DNA of 64,000 nt from a virus (lineage: Duplodnaviria > Caudoviricetes), in IMG/VR virus record IMGVR_UViG_3300033463_000013, positions 96,001 through 160,000 of that record. One strand, 5' to 3'. The position numbers and the translations under genes are program-made. Below the pieces are notes generated by a model, which was given only the letters and a program-made list of their open reading frames with translations, had not been told where the DNA came from and did not search any database. Positions 44,910 through 54,529 of the stretch are shown here, piece by piece. Positions within the stretch are counted from its first letter, which is position 1. Every line of letters starts with the position of its first letter.

Positions 44910-45117
44910 ATCATTATTTTTTATTATTATATCATTATTTATATTATTATTATATCTATATTACTCCTGTAATTTTTACCGGAGCCTCCTGTAATTTTTA
45001 CCGGAAGCTATGGTAATTTTTACAGTAGGATACGGTAAAAATTCCTTATGATAGCTGTAAAAATTACCGCATTCAGTACGGTAAAAATTTCCGTATTCCC
45101 AATGCGGTAAAAATTAC
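44910..45117. repeat. Iteron-like array (7 copies of GTAA-WWW-TTAC/TTCC) plus AT-rich tract; candidate replication origin
   Basis: GTAA cores start at 44969, 44991, 45013, 45035, 45057, 45081 and 45107 (spacing 22,22,22,22,24,26). The first three are GTAATTTTTAC, the last four the inverted form GTAAAAATT(A/C/T). An almost pure A/T tract lies at 44910-44963. Confidence 0.75.
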
Positions 45118-45455
45118 AGTATTCCATCTGGAGTAAAGATATAGATATTAGTTTTACCTTCTTCTAATTTTAAGCAACCATTGTCCTCAAGTTCTTTTCG
45201 CGCTAATCTAATACCTTTATCACTAATTCCAATTTCTTCACTAATGCGTTTTGGTGATAAATCAAATTTACCATTACCTGCCCAAGAGAACATATATTCC
45301 CAAAGTTTATAACCATTACCAGTTAGCTTCTTCATAGCTGCTTTCTTATATTTCCATAATACCCATGGCGCAAAAGCTTCACCATTATCTCCAACTTTAC
45401 GAACTGTTTTATCAACATCAAGTTTAATAGTTAGTTGATTTGCATAATTAGCCAT
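45114..45455 (-). CDS. Winged-helix protein, candidate replication initiator
   Basis: LTGNGYKLWEYM...LSPKRISEEIGISDKGIRLARKELEDNGCL HTH pattern; its stop overlaps the last repeat. Confidence 0.6.
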   Translation of the reverse strand: MANYANQLTIKLDVDKTVRKVGDNGEAFAPWVLWKYKKAAMKKLTGNGYKLWEYMFSWAGNGKFDLSPKRISEEIGISDKGIRLARKELEDNGCLKLEEGKTNIYIFTPDGIL

Positions 45456-45636
45456 CTTGCATCACCTTCTCCATTCGCATGAGAAGAGCCATAGATGGCG
45501 TTTCTCTACCATTTAGAACTTTGTTTAAATGTGTCCTGCTTATATTAATTAGCTCAGCGGCCTCACCTTGATGCAGGTTATTATCTTCTATGAACTTTTT
45601 AAATTTATTTATAATTTCCTGTATCAAATAGCACAC
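45448..45636 (-). CDS. XRE/Cro-C1 family HTH regulator
   Basis: LHQGEAAELINISRTHLNKVLNGRETPS. Confidence 0.8.
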   Translation of the reverse strand: MCYLIQEIINKFKKFIEDNNLHQGEAAELINISRTHLNKVLNGRETPSMALLMRMEKVMQDG

Positions 45637-45679
45637 ACCTCGCTTAAAAGATAGACTTGTCCCATTTGTGACAAGTTAA

Positions 45680-45985
45680 TTATTCATTATAGTTTGGATA
45701 ATATAGATAATGTTTTTCAATTACTTCGGTATGAACGAAAAAGCCATAACGTTCTTTAAGATAATCTACAAATTCTTCTTCACTTATATAATTAAAGAAA
45801 TATCCATGCATCTCTTTTGGTAATAGTTCTGGATGTTGCTCATCATAATAAAGTTCTATTCTATTCATTAATGTAGAAGCATCCATTTCTATATTGTCTC
45901 CATTAAGAAAGAATAATTCAAAATCAATAGTATCATAAAAGTCGTAACTAAATTCTTGCATTTTTTCAAATTCTTTAAGATTCAT
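45680..45985 (-). CDS. Hypothetical acidic/aromatic protein
   Basis: ORF with GAGGT RBS. Confidence 0.6.
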   Translation of the reverse strand: MNLKEFEKMQEFSYDFYDTIDFELFFLNGDNIEMDASTLMNRIELYYDEQHPELLPKEMHGYFFNYISEEEFVDYLKERYGFFVHTEVIEKHYLYYPNYNE

Positions 45986-45993
45986 ATCATACC

Positions 45994-46332
45994 TCAATAA
46001 TCAAATTCAAAATAATAATGCCAGCCTTCTTCCTCATCATCATCAAAATGATAAAGAATCTCACAAAGCGCTGGAACAGTGTTAAAACCGCCCCAATAAT
46101 CTGGAGTATGCGCAGCAATATTTAGCATTTCTTCAATATTTTCTTTAGTTAGTCTAATATATTCACAGGAATCTTGTTCTACGTTTTTAATAAAAGATAC
46201 TTGATTTATAAGATCCCAAAACTTTCGTGCGTACCAAACTTCAGTTATTGCTCCACTTTCGTCTTCATACCAATGTGGAGTATCAAAAGCTTTCTTAGTT
46301 TTTGCTTTAAAAATATAAGCATCCATACCCAT
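45994..46332 (-). CDS. Hypothetical phage protein, 112 aa
   Basis: MGMDAYIF...WYARK pattern; downstream of a promoter. Confidence 0.7.
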   Translation of the reverse strand: MGMDAYIFKAKTKKAFDTPHWYEDESGAITEVWYARKFWDLINQVSFIKNVEQDSCEYIRLTKENIEEMLNIAAHTPDYWGGFNTVPALCEILYHFDDDEEEGWHYYFEFDY

Positions 46333-46363
46333 AGTTTACACTTCCTTTCTATTTTCTATTTAT

Positions 46364-46392
46364 ATTATAATATAAATTTTATAAAAAGTCAA
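46364..46392 (-). promoter_or_regulatory. sigmaA-type promoter
   Basis: TTGACT-17 bp-TATAAT. Confidence 0.75.
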
Positions 46393-46420
46393 ATAAGAGG
46401 AGTTGAAGTTTCAACTCCTC
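46391..46420 (-). terminator. Intrinsic terminator
   Basis: GAGGAGTTGA-AGTT-TCAACTCCTC hairpin followed by TTATTT on the minus strand. Confidence 0.8.
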
Positions 46421-46599
46421 ATAGATACATGATATCTTTCTTTTAATAAGTCATGGATTTTCATTAATATATCACTAAGATGGTGAGCGGTTTCATTATC
46501 AGTCCTATGAATTAATTGCCATTCATAATTTTCTTGATTAAAAATTATATCATAGATTTCTTGGGCTAAGTCTTGTTGTCCTCGCTCATAATCAGACAT
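46411..46599 (-). CDS. Hypothetical protein, 62 aa
   Basis: ORF overlapping the permease stop, AGGAG RBS. Confidence 0.6.
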   Translation of the reverse strand: MSDYERGQQDLAQEIYDIIFNQENYEWQLIHRTDNETAHHLSDILMKIHDLLKERYHVSMRS

Positions 46600-47857
46600 T
46601 CTTTTTCTCCTTTAAGATAAGGTTAAGTACAATACCTACAATCATCGCGAGTGCAGTAGTACCAATACTTACAACTCCAAAGTTACAAACTGCGCCGGAA
46701 ACACCGAGTGTTAGTACTGCCGCGATAATAGTAACATTCTTATTATTATTCAAATCAATATTACTATCCTTAATTGTACGAATACCAGATAGAGTAATGT
46801 AACCGTAGAGAATAGCTGCGCAGCCACCAAAAATGGCGCTTGGAATACTTACAAGGAAGGCTTGAAGAGGACCAATAAATGCGGCAATACCCATAATAAT
46901 TGCAGCAAGTGTAATTACATATTTAGAACAAATCTTACTAAAACCAGTGGTTCCGACGCTCTCACCATAACTTGTATTAGGCATAGCGCCAATTAGAGTA
47001 CCGAGAGCAGTAGCAGCGCCATCACCCATTAGAGTATATCCAAGGCCTGGCTTCTGTGTTAAGTCAGTTCCAATTACAGCACTCAATGCTTTATGGTCTG
47101 ACGTATGCTCACAAATCGTAACAAGACTTAGTGGTAGGAATAGTAGAAGAATTTGCGGTAGATAGCCCCAATCCCAAGAACCAAAATGTAGGAAAGCAAA
47201 ATCTGGTAGCTGGAATAGTTTCACTCCATTAAATACGCTAAAGTCAATAATTTTTACACCACATACTGTTAGCAATGCTGCGAATGCATACACAATTAGA
47301 ATTGCTACAAGGAAAGGTAGATTCTTAATAAAGCCTTTTCCATAATGCGAAATAAGAGCAGTAATAATAAGTGTTAGCATACCTAATCCAAATCCAATCA
47401 GACTATACTGTCCGTTAATCTGGAAGTATGTAGGAATAAAGGTTGCTAGATTAAGACCAATAACAGCAACGATTGGCCCAATTACAACTGGCGGTAAAAC
47501 CTTATTAATCCAAGCAGTACCAAAATGATTGATTGCTAAGCCAACAATAAAATATACAAGACATACAATCAAACCACCGATAAATACTGCCAAATAGTTC
47601 GGTGCAGCTCCAAGTGCTAATGCTCCAAGTACGGCCGCGACAAATGCTCCAGAAGAACTAATGAACATTGGTGATTGGCCTTTGGTGAATAGCTGATAGA
47701 GCAATGTGCCTAAGGCAGCTCCAAGCATAGCGGGCGCGATTGGCACACCACAAATTTGTGGAATTAGTACGGTAGCAACGAAACAGGCAATAACCTGTTG
47801 AAGTGCGGCTACGCATAGCCGCTTAAAAGGGAGTTTGTCGTTAATATTATAAAGCAT
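46592..47857 (-). CDS. Uracil/xanthine permease (NCS2 family, UraA/PyrP-like)
   Basis: 12-14 hydrophobic helices; ISSSGAF, PPVVIGP, EHTSDH, PNTSYGESVG NCS2 signature. Confidence 0.9.
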   Translation of the reverse strand: MLYNINDKLPFKRLCVAALQQVIACFVATVLIPQICGVPIAPAMLGAALGTLLYQLFTKGQSPMFISSSGAFVAAVLGALALGAAPNYLAVFIGGLIVCLVYFIVGLAINHFGTAWINKVLPPVVIGPIVAVIGLNLATFIPTYFQINGQYSLIGFGLGMLTLIITALISHYGKGFIKNLPFLVAILIVYAFAALLTVCGVKIIDFSVFNGVKLFQLPDFAFLHFGSWDWGYLPQILLLFLPLSLVTICEHTSDHKALSAVIGTDLTQKPGLGYTLMGDGAATALGTLIGAMPNTSYGESVGTTGFSKICSKYVITLAAIIMGIAAFIGPLQAFLVSIPSAIFGGCAAILYGYITLSGIRTIKDSNIDLNNNKNVTIIAAVLTLGVSGAVCNFGVVSIGTTALAMIVGIVLNLILKEKKNV

Positions 47858-47858
47858 A

Positions 47859-48377
47859 TTATTTTGTCTCCTTTAAATTATTAATTTGGGATTGTAATTC
47901 TTGCATTTTATTATTGATTGCATTTGTAACACATGATGGAATATTTTCCCAAGTTTTAGTAATAGAATTCCAGTAATCACTACCACCAGTATTTAATCCA
48001 GAATTACCTGTATAAATATCATTATCGACTTTAACATTATAGGCAGTTATATTATCTGATTTACAAGTATTACTATCAGATGTGCATACCGAACTTGGCG
48101 CTTTCCATATAGGACCACTTTCTGGATGAATTCTAAAAGTGTCTGGACTACAGGTTACTTCTTTCCACCACTCTGGTTTATATGTCCAATCTGAAGTGAT
48201 TGTCCAATTATTTCCATTACAATCGCATTGTCTTACCCAAGGCGCATTAATACGCTTACAACGTGGACATTCCCATCCTTTTTCTGAGTTATAATCTGGA
48301 TAATATTTCCATGTATAGTTAGTACTAGTTGAAGTTCCAGTAGTTGAATCTCCAACCTAAACTTTATCTGTTGTCAT
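47859..48377 (-). CDS. Hypothetical Cys/Trp/Thr-rich protein, 172 aa (TAG at codon 7)
   Basis: Not in the ORF track; AGGAGG RBS; MTTDKVQVGDS...GWECPRCKRINAPWVRQCDC; TAA at 47859; fills the gap. Confidence 0.7.
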
Positions 48378-48422
48378 ATTATTCCTCCTTGCTTTACTAA
48401 AGTCATATTCATTTAACATAAA

Positions 48423-48968
48423 TTATACCCAATCAGATCTGAAATCTTCTTCTGATTTAAATTCATTTTCATGTTCTTTAATAAAAGCAATAGCGTCTTC
48501 AATATTACTTACAAGAATTCCGCCTTGCTTAATTAAACCGGTGACATATAGATTCTGATAACTATATTGTTGTTCTCCCAAAGATGCGGCCCCACCACGG
48601 TCTTTAGCTTCACTATGTGTCAAGAACATTTGTCTATTATCAGTACAAATACCTACAATATACTTATGGTCACCACGCTCGATTTTCTCATGGAATTTAC
48701 CAATTTCAGCACAGGTTCCACTGGGAAGAACATCTCCATCAATACAAGCTACTAGAATATCAGTATTATTCAATCTAATATTATCACCATTTGCAATTTC
48801 TTGAGAACCTGCAAATTTTTTCTTACCTTCAACACCATTAATATCTGTGTTTTCAACAGGAGAATATAAATCTACTCCTGGTACTGCAGCACGGATTTTA
48901 GCTGCCCATTCGGTATTGCGAAGTAGATCGCCATAAGTAAAAATTGGACCAGCAAGATAAATTTTCAT
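48423..48968 (-). CDS. Nucleoside 2-deoxyribosyltransferase family protein
   Basis: MKIYLAGPIF, DILVACIDG, SGTCAEIG (catalytic Glu), NLYVTG. Confidence 0.85.
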   Translation of the reverse strand: MKIYLAGPIFTYGDLLRNTEWAAKIRAAVPGVDLYSPVENTDINGVEGKKKFAGSQEIANGDNIRLNNTDILVACIDGDVLPSGTCAEIGKFHEKIERGDHKYIVGICTDNRQMFLTHSEAKDRGGAASLGEQQYSYQNLYVTGLIKQGGILVSNIEDAIAFIKEHENEFKSEEDFRSDWV

Positions 48969-48981
48969 ATAATTCCTCCAA

Positions 48982-49857
48982 TTAATAATTAGTTACTAAT
49001 ACTTCAATAGTTGGTTCAGTTGTTTTTGTTTTATTATATACTGCTTTAGAATAATCAGAAAATATATCATGTACATTATATTTTTCTGACCATTCAATTA
49101 AAGCTACATTTTCTTTTCCTTTATGGGCTACTATATTAGATACGGCCCATTTAAGTCCTTGCTCATTTGCTTTATCTAGGAAAGCATATAAATCTATATC
49201 ATCTTGTATATCCCATTTACTATTAATTGCTCGAGGCCCTGTATTATATTGAGCATCAGAAATTAAATATGGTGGGTCTACATATAAAAAATCATTAGAA
49301 TCAGTAAATTTACTTATATCAAAATTTCTAAAGTCTATAGAAGAAAATTGAATGCCTTGAATAGCTGCGTGCATCGCTCTTGTATTTGCGCGCTAAGTTA
49401 AATTAAAATCTGAATGATTTTGACCAAAACTACTATTATATTCATGATTTATATTAAAACTTATTTTATTATTAAATGAAAATCTAGATAATACAAATAA
49501 ATCTAATGGGGTATGATATTCTGGATTCGTATTATATAAATCTCTATATTTTAAAAATCCTTCAGCATTAAATCTTGTCAGCTGAAACTCTTTAATACGA
49601 GCATTTATAAACTCCATGATTTCATCAATAGTTTTATTCTAAAATGCTTTATAGATATCAATAATATTAGTATTAATATCATTGGCATATTTATAAGTTG
49701 CTATAGTATTAATAGATACATCAGTACCACCACAAAATAAATCAATGAAATTATTTATATTAGTGGGAAATAAAGGATATAACTATTTTAGTAGTTTATA
49801 TTTATTTCCTACATAATTCATTGGACTTTTTATAAAAGCAATCTTATTCTTCGTCAT
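48982..49857 (-). CDS. Dam/D12-class N6-adenine DNA methyltransferase, 291 aa (3 in-frame TAG)
   Basis: With TAG=Gln: IKSPMNYVGNKYKLLKQLYPLFP...FIDLFCGG...ANDIN...FLYVDPPY...EVLVTNY; TAGs at 49783, 49639 and 49393. Confidence 0.88.
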
Positions 49858-50122
49858 TCTCATCATCATCCGATAGTAAGAATTCAAGAGCATCTGCAAA
49901 TGTATTACCACGGCTCTTAGTATCTTGTACAGGCTTTGGACGGAAATAGTTATTATATACATAACTTTTTACCATTGCAAACATACTGGAAGAACTATCG
50001 CGTGGATGTGATTCTACATATTCTCTAAGTTTCTTTTTATCTTCTTTAGACATTTTTGCGATGAAGTCTTCGACAACTTCACGAGTTAAATCATTAAATT
50101 TAAGTGGCTGTTGATTTTCCAT
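49844..50122 (-). CDS. Hypothetical protein
   Basis: ATG at 50122 with AGGAG RBS downstream of a promoter. Confidence 0.65.
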   Translation of the reverse strand: MENQQPLKFNDLTREVVEDFIAKMSKEDKKKLREYVESHPRDSSSSMFAMVKSYVYNNYFRPKPVQDTKSRGNTFADALEFLLSDDDENDEE

Positions 50123-50147
50123 AGAATATATCTCCTTTTTTTCTTTT

Positions 50148-50176
50148 ATTATATCATAAAATTTTAAAAAAGTCAA
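50148..50176 (-). promoter_or_regulatory. sigmaA-type promoter
   Basis: TTGACT-17 bp-TATAAT with TG extension. Confidence 0.75.
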
Positions 50177-50202
50177 ATAAAAAAGAGGGCGCCGAAGCGC
50201 CC
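50177..50202 (-). terminator. Intrinsic terminator
   Basis: GGGCGC-CGAA-GCGCCC hairpin followed by TCTTTTTT on the minus strand. Confidence 0.8.
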
Positions 50203-50206
50203 GTAA

Positions 50207-50401
50207 TTATGGTTTACCATCTGGAAATACTGGATGTGGCTTATGTGGATTGCCATGACCAGGATCATGATCACAACCACCACCATGTCCAACGCCAATA
50301 CCCATATCACCATGAGTTTCAACTACATTTGAAGCAGTAATACTATCTGTATAATCAAAAATTAATTTTTCTGCTTGTGGCGTATTATATATTTTTTTCA
50401 T
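50207..50401 (-). CDS. Small peptide with YxxP leader-like N-terminus and His/Gly/Pro-rich tail, 64 aa
   Basis: AAGGAG RBS; followed by a terminator. Confidence 0.65.
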   Translation of the reverse strand: MKKIYNTPQAEKLIFDYTDSITASNVVETHGDMGIGVGHGGGCDHDPGHGNPHKPHPVFPDGKP

Positions 50402-50413
50402 ATTAATCTCTCC

Positions 50414-51667
50414 TTAAATTGGTGGCCTTATTTTATCACAAAGTGCAGCAACTGGGCCACGCTCAGATTTTAATAACTTAACCGCACCAAATAATGGGTC
50501 TCCAGCTAGACGGTCTAACATTGCTCTTATACCATTATTTTTTTCAAATTTTCTATGGTCAATTTGGGCAACATCACCGCAGAAGATAATTTCACTATCC
50601 TTTTCAATACGGCTCATTAAGAACGTGACTAACTTATCATTCATATTTTCACATTCATCACATAATACTATAGAATTAACAATTGAGCGCCCACGCATAT
50701 GTGATAATGGATAAATTTCTATTATTCCATCATCAATTAATTGGTCCAGCATTTCTTGTCCACCTAAGTGGTCAGCTAACGGCGCGCCCCAAATTGACAT
50801 TTTATCACGCATATCTCCAGGTAAAAAGCCAATGTCATTTGTATCAGCAACAACTATATTATTACGGACAAATACTAATTTAGAATAGGCACCTTTATGT
50901 ACTTGTTCTAGAGCGTAGGATAATGCAATTAAAGTTTTTCCGCTGCCCCAAGCACTTGTTAATAGTTTTACTTTAATATCCTAATTCTAAAGTAAATGAA
51001 AAGCCATTTTCTATTCTAGATTTCTTGGTCTAATAGTTTCTTGAATATATGGATTTTTTATTTCTTTATATTTTAAAGGTCCATACTAATGTCCGTCCCA
51101 AAATAATACATCTTTTAGTTCGGTTTTATCGAATATTTCAGCAAATTCATTTGTTTTACAACCTAAACAATTGATTTTAGGATCGGCATACAGTAATGTC
51201 ATTTCTTTTTCATTAGGATAATATTTACCCCAGCCTGCCCATTCTTCTTCTTTACGAAAAGCTAGTTCTTCACCCATAGGATACACAGGGTCTACATGAG
51301 GTAATTGTTGTGCAAATAAATATTGTAAAGCATCGCTAGTTAAAAATATAACATCTTTACTCTATTCAATTGCCATAGCTTCTGCCGCAAGTAATATTCT
51401 ATGATCATTAATATTACTTAAAAAACGATATTTTTTTAATAGTTTATCAATAACTTTATTATCTGGCATAATTACGTGTAGCTTATGGCAATTCATGATT
51501 GCACGAACGGCTTCACGAGCCATATATTTTATGCTTTTATCCTCTTCATGTTCTTTAATATATTCTAATTCTGAAACTGTTAATGGACTAATTGCGATAT
51601 CTACTTCTGAATTTATTAATCCACTCTAGTGTAAAAGAGCAGATGTGTCTGCAAAATGTGTAATCAT
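50414..51667 (-). CDS. phoH: PIN-domain PhoH family ATPase, 417 aa (6 in-frame TAG)
   Basis: With TAG=Gln: PIN domain (FADTSAL, TVSELE, NDHRIL, LTSD) plus PhoH (IRPRNLEQ, AWGSGKT, IGFLPG, HMRGRS, DECEN, CGDVAQID). Confidence 0.88.
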
Positions 51668-52281
51668 TATTCATCAACTCCGATGATTTTGTCAATCAGG
51701 TTCTTTTCCTTCATTTTATCTGCGAATAAGAACCACTGATGCCTGGCGTGCTTATCATATTCTTCAGCTGTCAAATCGGTATTATCTAAAAAGAATTGAC
51801 GAATTTTTTCATCAATTTCATTATTAAATGCCATAATATCAGCTGCAGTTTTCGATTCTGCTGCGGCAAGAGCGACATAACCATCATGAATTAGAACATA
51901 CGAACAAGGATAACAAGAACGAATTATATTTTCATTTTTTCCACCAGCAGCTAATAATACAGTTGCCATGGAACAAGCATATCCTAATACTTGAATATTT
52001 AATGGCTTAGAATATTGTGCTAAATAATATGCTAAAAAGAATCCATCAGAAACTGAACCGCCGCTACTATTAAGAATTAATGTAACTGGCTCATTAGAAT
52101 CATCTTGTTCAAATGCGCGAAGTGGCAAATAAACATATTCTACAATATGTTCTGATATATCATCATTTAATATAATTGTCCTATGGTTTAATAACTGGTC
52201 ATAATACTAATACATTACAGGACTAAGTTCTGTAGCATTAAGTTTTTCCCAAATACCGGAAAGTAGGTCTTCTAAATCCAT
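51667..52281 (-). CDS. ClpP-like protease, 204 aa (TAG at codon 25)
   Basis: RTIILNDDI, LILNSSGGSV, YACSMA (Ser), VLIHD (His); AAGGAGG RBS at the extended start. Confidence 0.85.
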
Positions 52282-52307
52282 AAGAACCTCCTTCAGCGCG
52301 AATGCGC

Positions 52308-53438
52308 TTAATTGAATATTTTCGCTAAAGTACAATCTTTTGGATCAATATCATCTTTTCTAATTCGCTTTAAAAGCGGATGGCGAATTGAAATTCCTTC
52401 ACCATTAGAGTCTGCTTTAGCTTCACTTACCATCATTCCACTAATAGAAACGGGAACTCCGATCCAATCTTCTAGATGAAGCTTTAAATCATTTCTAAAA
52501 CTATCTGTTAAACCACTAACTTTACATAGCGGAATGAGTTGGCCTTCTTTATTATAAACGCCGACTTGAATCGCAGCGGGCCATCCATTATAGTAATTTT
52601 TGGTTACAGGAAGATAGGCTTTACCTTGTTGATAATCACCAAAATATTCGCCTTCTACTAATTCACCAGTTCTTTGATTCTCCCATAGAGTCCAAGAACT
52701 CATGTCTTTACCAGTATAAATTTTTTCTCCTGCAACGGTCCCCATAATAACACAATCAATTTCAGATGAAATTTCTTGTTTTACTTTGACAGTATCCCAG
52801 GCATGAGGACCACGTTTCCCTGGCTCATAATGAGAATCCTTTCGGTAGCAGACAGTACCTTCACCGCCTGCTGCGAAGATTTCACCCATTTTGTCAAAGA
52901 ATTTATTATCCATCTCATAGTAATTCACTCCTTCAACTAGTATAGAATTAATACGCTTGACTACTTGAGGAATGAGTTGAATACGTTTTTCAAAATCCGT
53001 ATTCATGTAATCTTTTCCATCCAACGCGAGCACATCAAATATGCGCCACCTTAGAGGATTGTCTTTTTGACGCGCTTGCGCCTTAGGAGTCAAACAACGT
53101 AATATAGAACCAACATCTTTATCAATTGCGCCAGGAAGATATATTTCTCCTAGTATTACTGTGGTTCCATTAGTAAAAGCATTACAAACATCTTGCCAAA
53201 AGAAAACCTTGTCTTGAATCTCGCCATATGTTTTAGTTACTGTAGAGATTCCACGAGTTTGTAACGCTTGCCTTTCAGCAGTAATTACCGCGCGAGACCA
53301 ATTACCATCTGTCTTTAATCCAAATAGATAATTACCGCTATCAATTAATTGTTCAAGTTTTAATTTCTTAGCTTCTGGGGTCATAGTAGAACTACAAGCC
53401 CAATATTTCATAGGTTCACTAGTAAAATAATCTATCAT
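52308..53438 (-). CDS. ATP-dependent DNA ligase
   Basis: KTDGNW (KxDG), LGEIY, IFDVL, EGTVC, VKVK, KVSGL, IRHP. Confidence 0.88.
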   Translation of the reverse strand: MIDYFTSEPMKYWACSSTMTPEAKKLKLEQLIDSGNYLFGLKTDGNWSRAVITAERQALQTRGISTVTKTYGEIQDKVFFWQDVCNAFTNGTTVILGEIYLPGAIDKDVGSILRCLTPKAQARQKDNPLRWRIFDVLALDGKDYMNTDFEKRIQLIPQVVKRINSILVEGVNYYEMDNKFFDKMGEIFAAGGEGTVCYRKDSHYEPGKRGPHAWDTVKVKQEISSEIDCVIMGTVAGEKIYTGKDMSSWTLWENQRTGELVEGEYFGDYQQGKAYLPVTKNYYNGWPAAIQVGVYNKEGQLIPLCKVSGLTDSFRNDLKLHLEDWIGVPVSISGMMVSEAKADSNGEGISIRHPLLKRIRKDDIDPKDCTLAKIFN

Positions 53439-53440
53439 AG

Positions 53441-54007
53441 TTACTCCTTAATATAACCTAAATCTTTTAATATTGTGTGTGCGCTTTCTTTTAATAATTC
53501 TAATCCTTCATCATTATGTACTACATAATCAAATGCAAAGACATCTAATGAAGTTTCACTTGGATGGTTGCGTTGATTTTCTGTCAATACAGGATTAATC
53601 CAGGGAGTTCCATCTGCATTTTTACGCTCAATACGAACACTCACGCAATTCTTCAAATTCTCTAATGAAATATCTACTTCATTAGGAAAGCGCGCATCTG
53701 GGATGATTGCAATATCAAAATCGCTCGTTGGCTCAAATGCTTGGATTAAACCAACAACAATACCAGTCCAAAAATTAGGATGACGGGCACGTACAATATC
53801 TGTACCAACTGTTTGAAGTAGTGTGCGACCGACTTCATCTTTCTTACCATCCCAATCTAGAAAATCGCGGCAAAACCATTTCACTGCATCAGCATAATGA
53901 ATGACTAAAGCTTTCTTTCCATGTTTAGCTAATTCTTCCTTCATAAATTGGGCCATCATGTCCTTGCCGCTACCAGATTTACCGGATAAAATAATTGTAC
54001 CTTTCAT
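53441..54007 (-). CDS. Deoxynucleoside monophosphate kinase-like protein
   Basis: LSGKSGSGKD, RTLLQTVGT, IPDARFPNE, HPSE. Confidence 0.82.
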   Translation of the reverse strand: MKGTIILSGKSGSGKDMMAQFMKEELAKHGKKALVIHYADAVKWFCRDFLDWDGKKDEVGRTLLQTVGTDIVRARHPNFWTGIVVGLIQAFEPTSDFDIAIIPDARFPNEVDISLENLKNCVSVRIERKNADGTPWINPVLTENQRNHPSETSLDVFAFDYVVHNDEGLELLKESAHTILKDLGYIKE

Positions 54008-54210
54008 TCTTTCATCATCTCCAATTTCATATTAAAATAGAACTGGAGAAATTCTATTTCTTCTTCAGTACATAAATATGAATAATAGTTAGTTACATTA
54101 TCTAAAAAGTCTGATGCCATAACAGGATCTTGCATTTTAGAGGCGAGATACCATGCTTTTTCTGCAACATCTTTTATAGTATTACTAACATTTGCAAATA
54201 TTTCAGTCAT
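54004..54210 (-). CDS. Hypothetical protein, 68 aa
   Basis: Overlapping start/stop in an operon. Confidence 0.6.
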   Translation of the reverse strand: MTEIFANVSNTIKDVAEKAWYLASKMQDPVMASDFLDNVTNYYSYLCTEEEIEFLQFYFNMKLEMMKE

Positions 54211-54529
54211 TTTGTTTCTCCTTTTGAAGTTGATTCAGTACATCAAAAAATGCTTGAACATCTTCTTTAGTATCTAAAATGATTTTTCTAATTTTTTTTG
54301 GTGGGAGACAATCTTCACCTTGAGGGAGGGTAAATACATAATAATGTTCTATTTCATTTTCATCATAAGGAATAATGCGCGTAGTAAAATGTACTCCCTC
54401 TTTATTTTTAATTTTTACTACTGTTCCATAATCTTCATGATAAGTTTCTATATCTGATGTATTTGGATTAATTTGTCCTATTACTCCCGCATATTCATCA
54501 CGGGATACTTCATAAATATCCATATCCAT
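54203..54529 (-). CDS. Hypothetical protein, 108 aa
   Basis: Overlapping start/stop in an operon. Confidence 0.65.
   Translation of the reverse strand: MDMDIYEVSRDEYAGVIGQINPNTSDIETYHEDYGTVVKIKNKEGVHFTTRIIPYDENEIEHYYVFTLPQGEDCLPPKKIRKIILDTKEDVQAFFDVLNQLQKEKQND

Noticed and set aside
44969-45117. CRISPR array
   Set aside because: Repeats are about 11-12 bp with 10-15 bp spacers and flip orientation; no cas genes; far below CRISPR dimensions.
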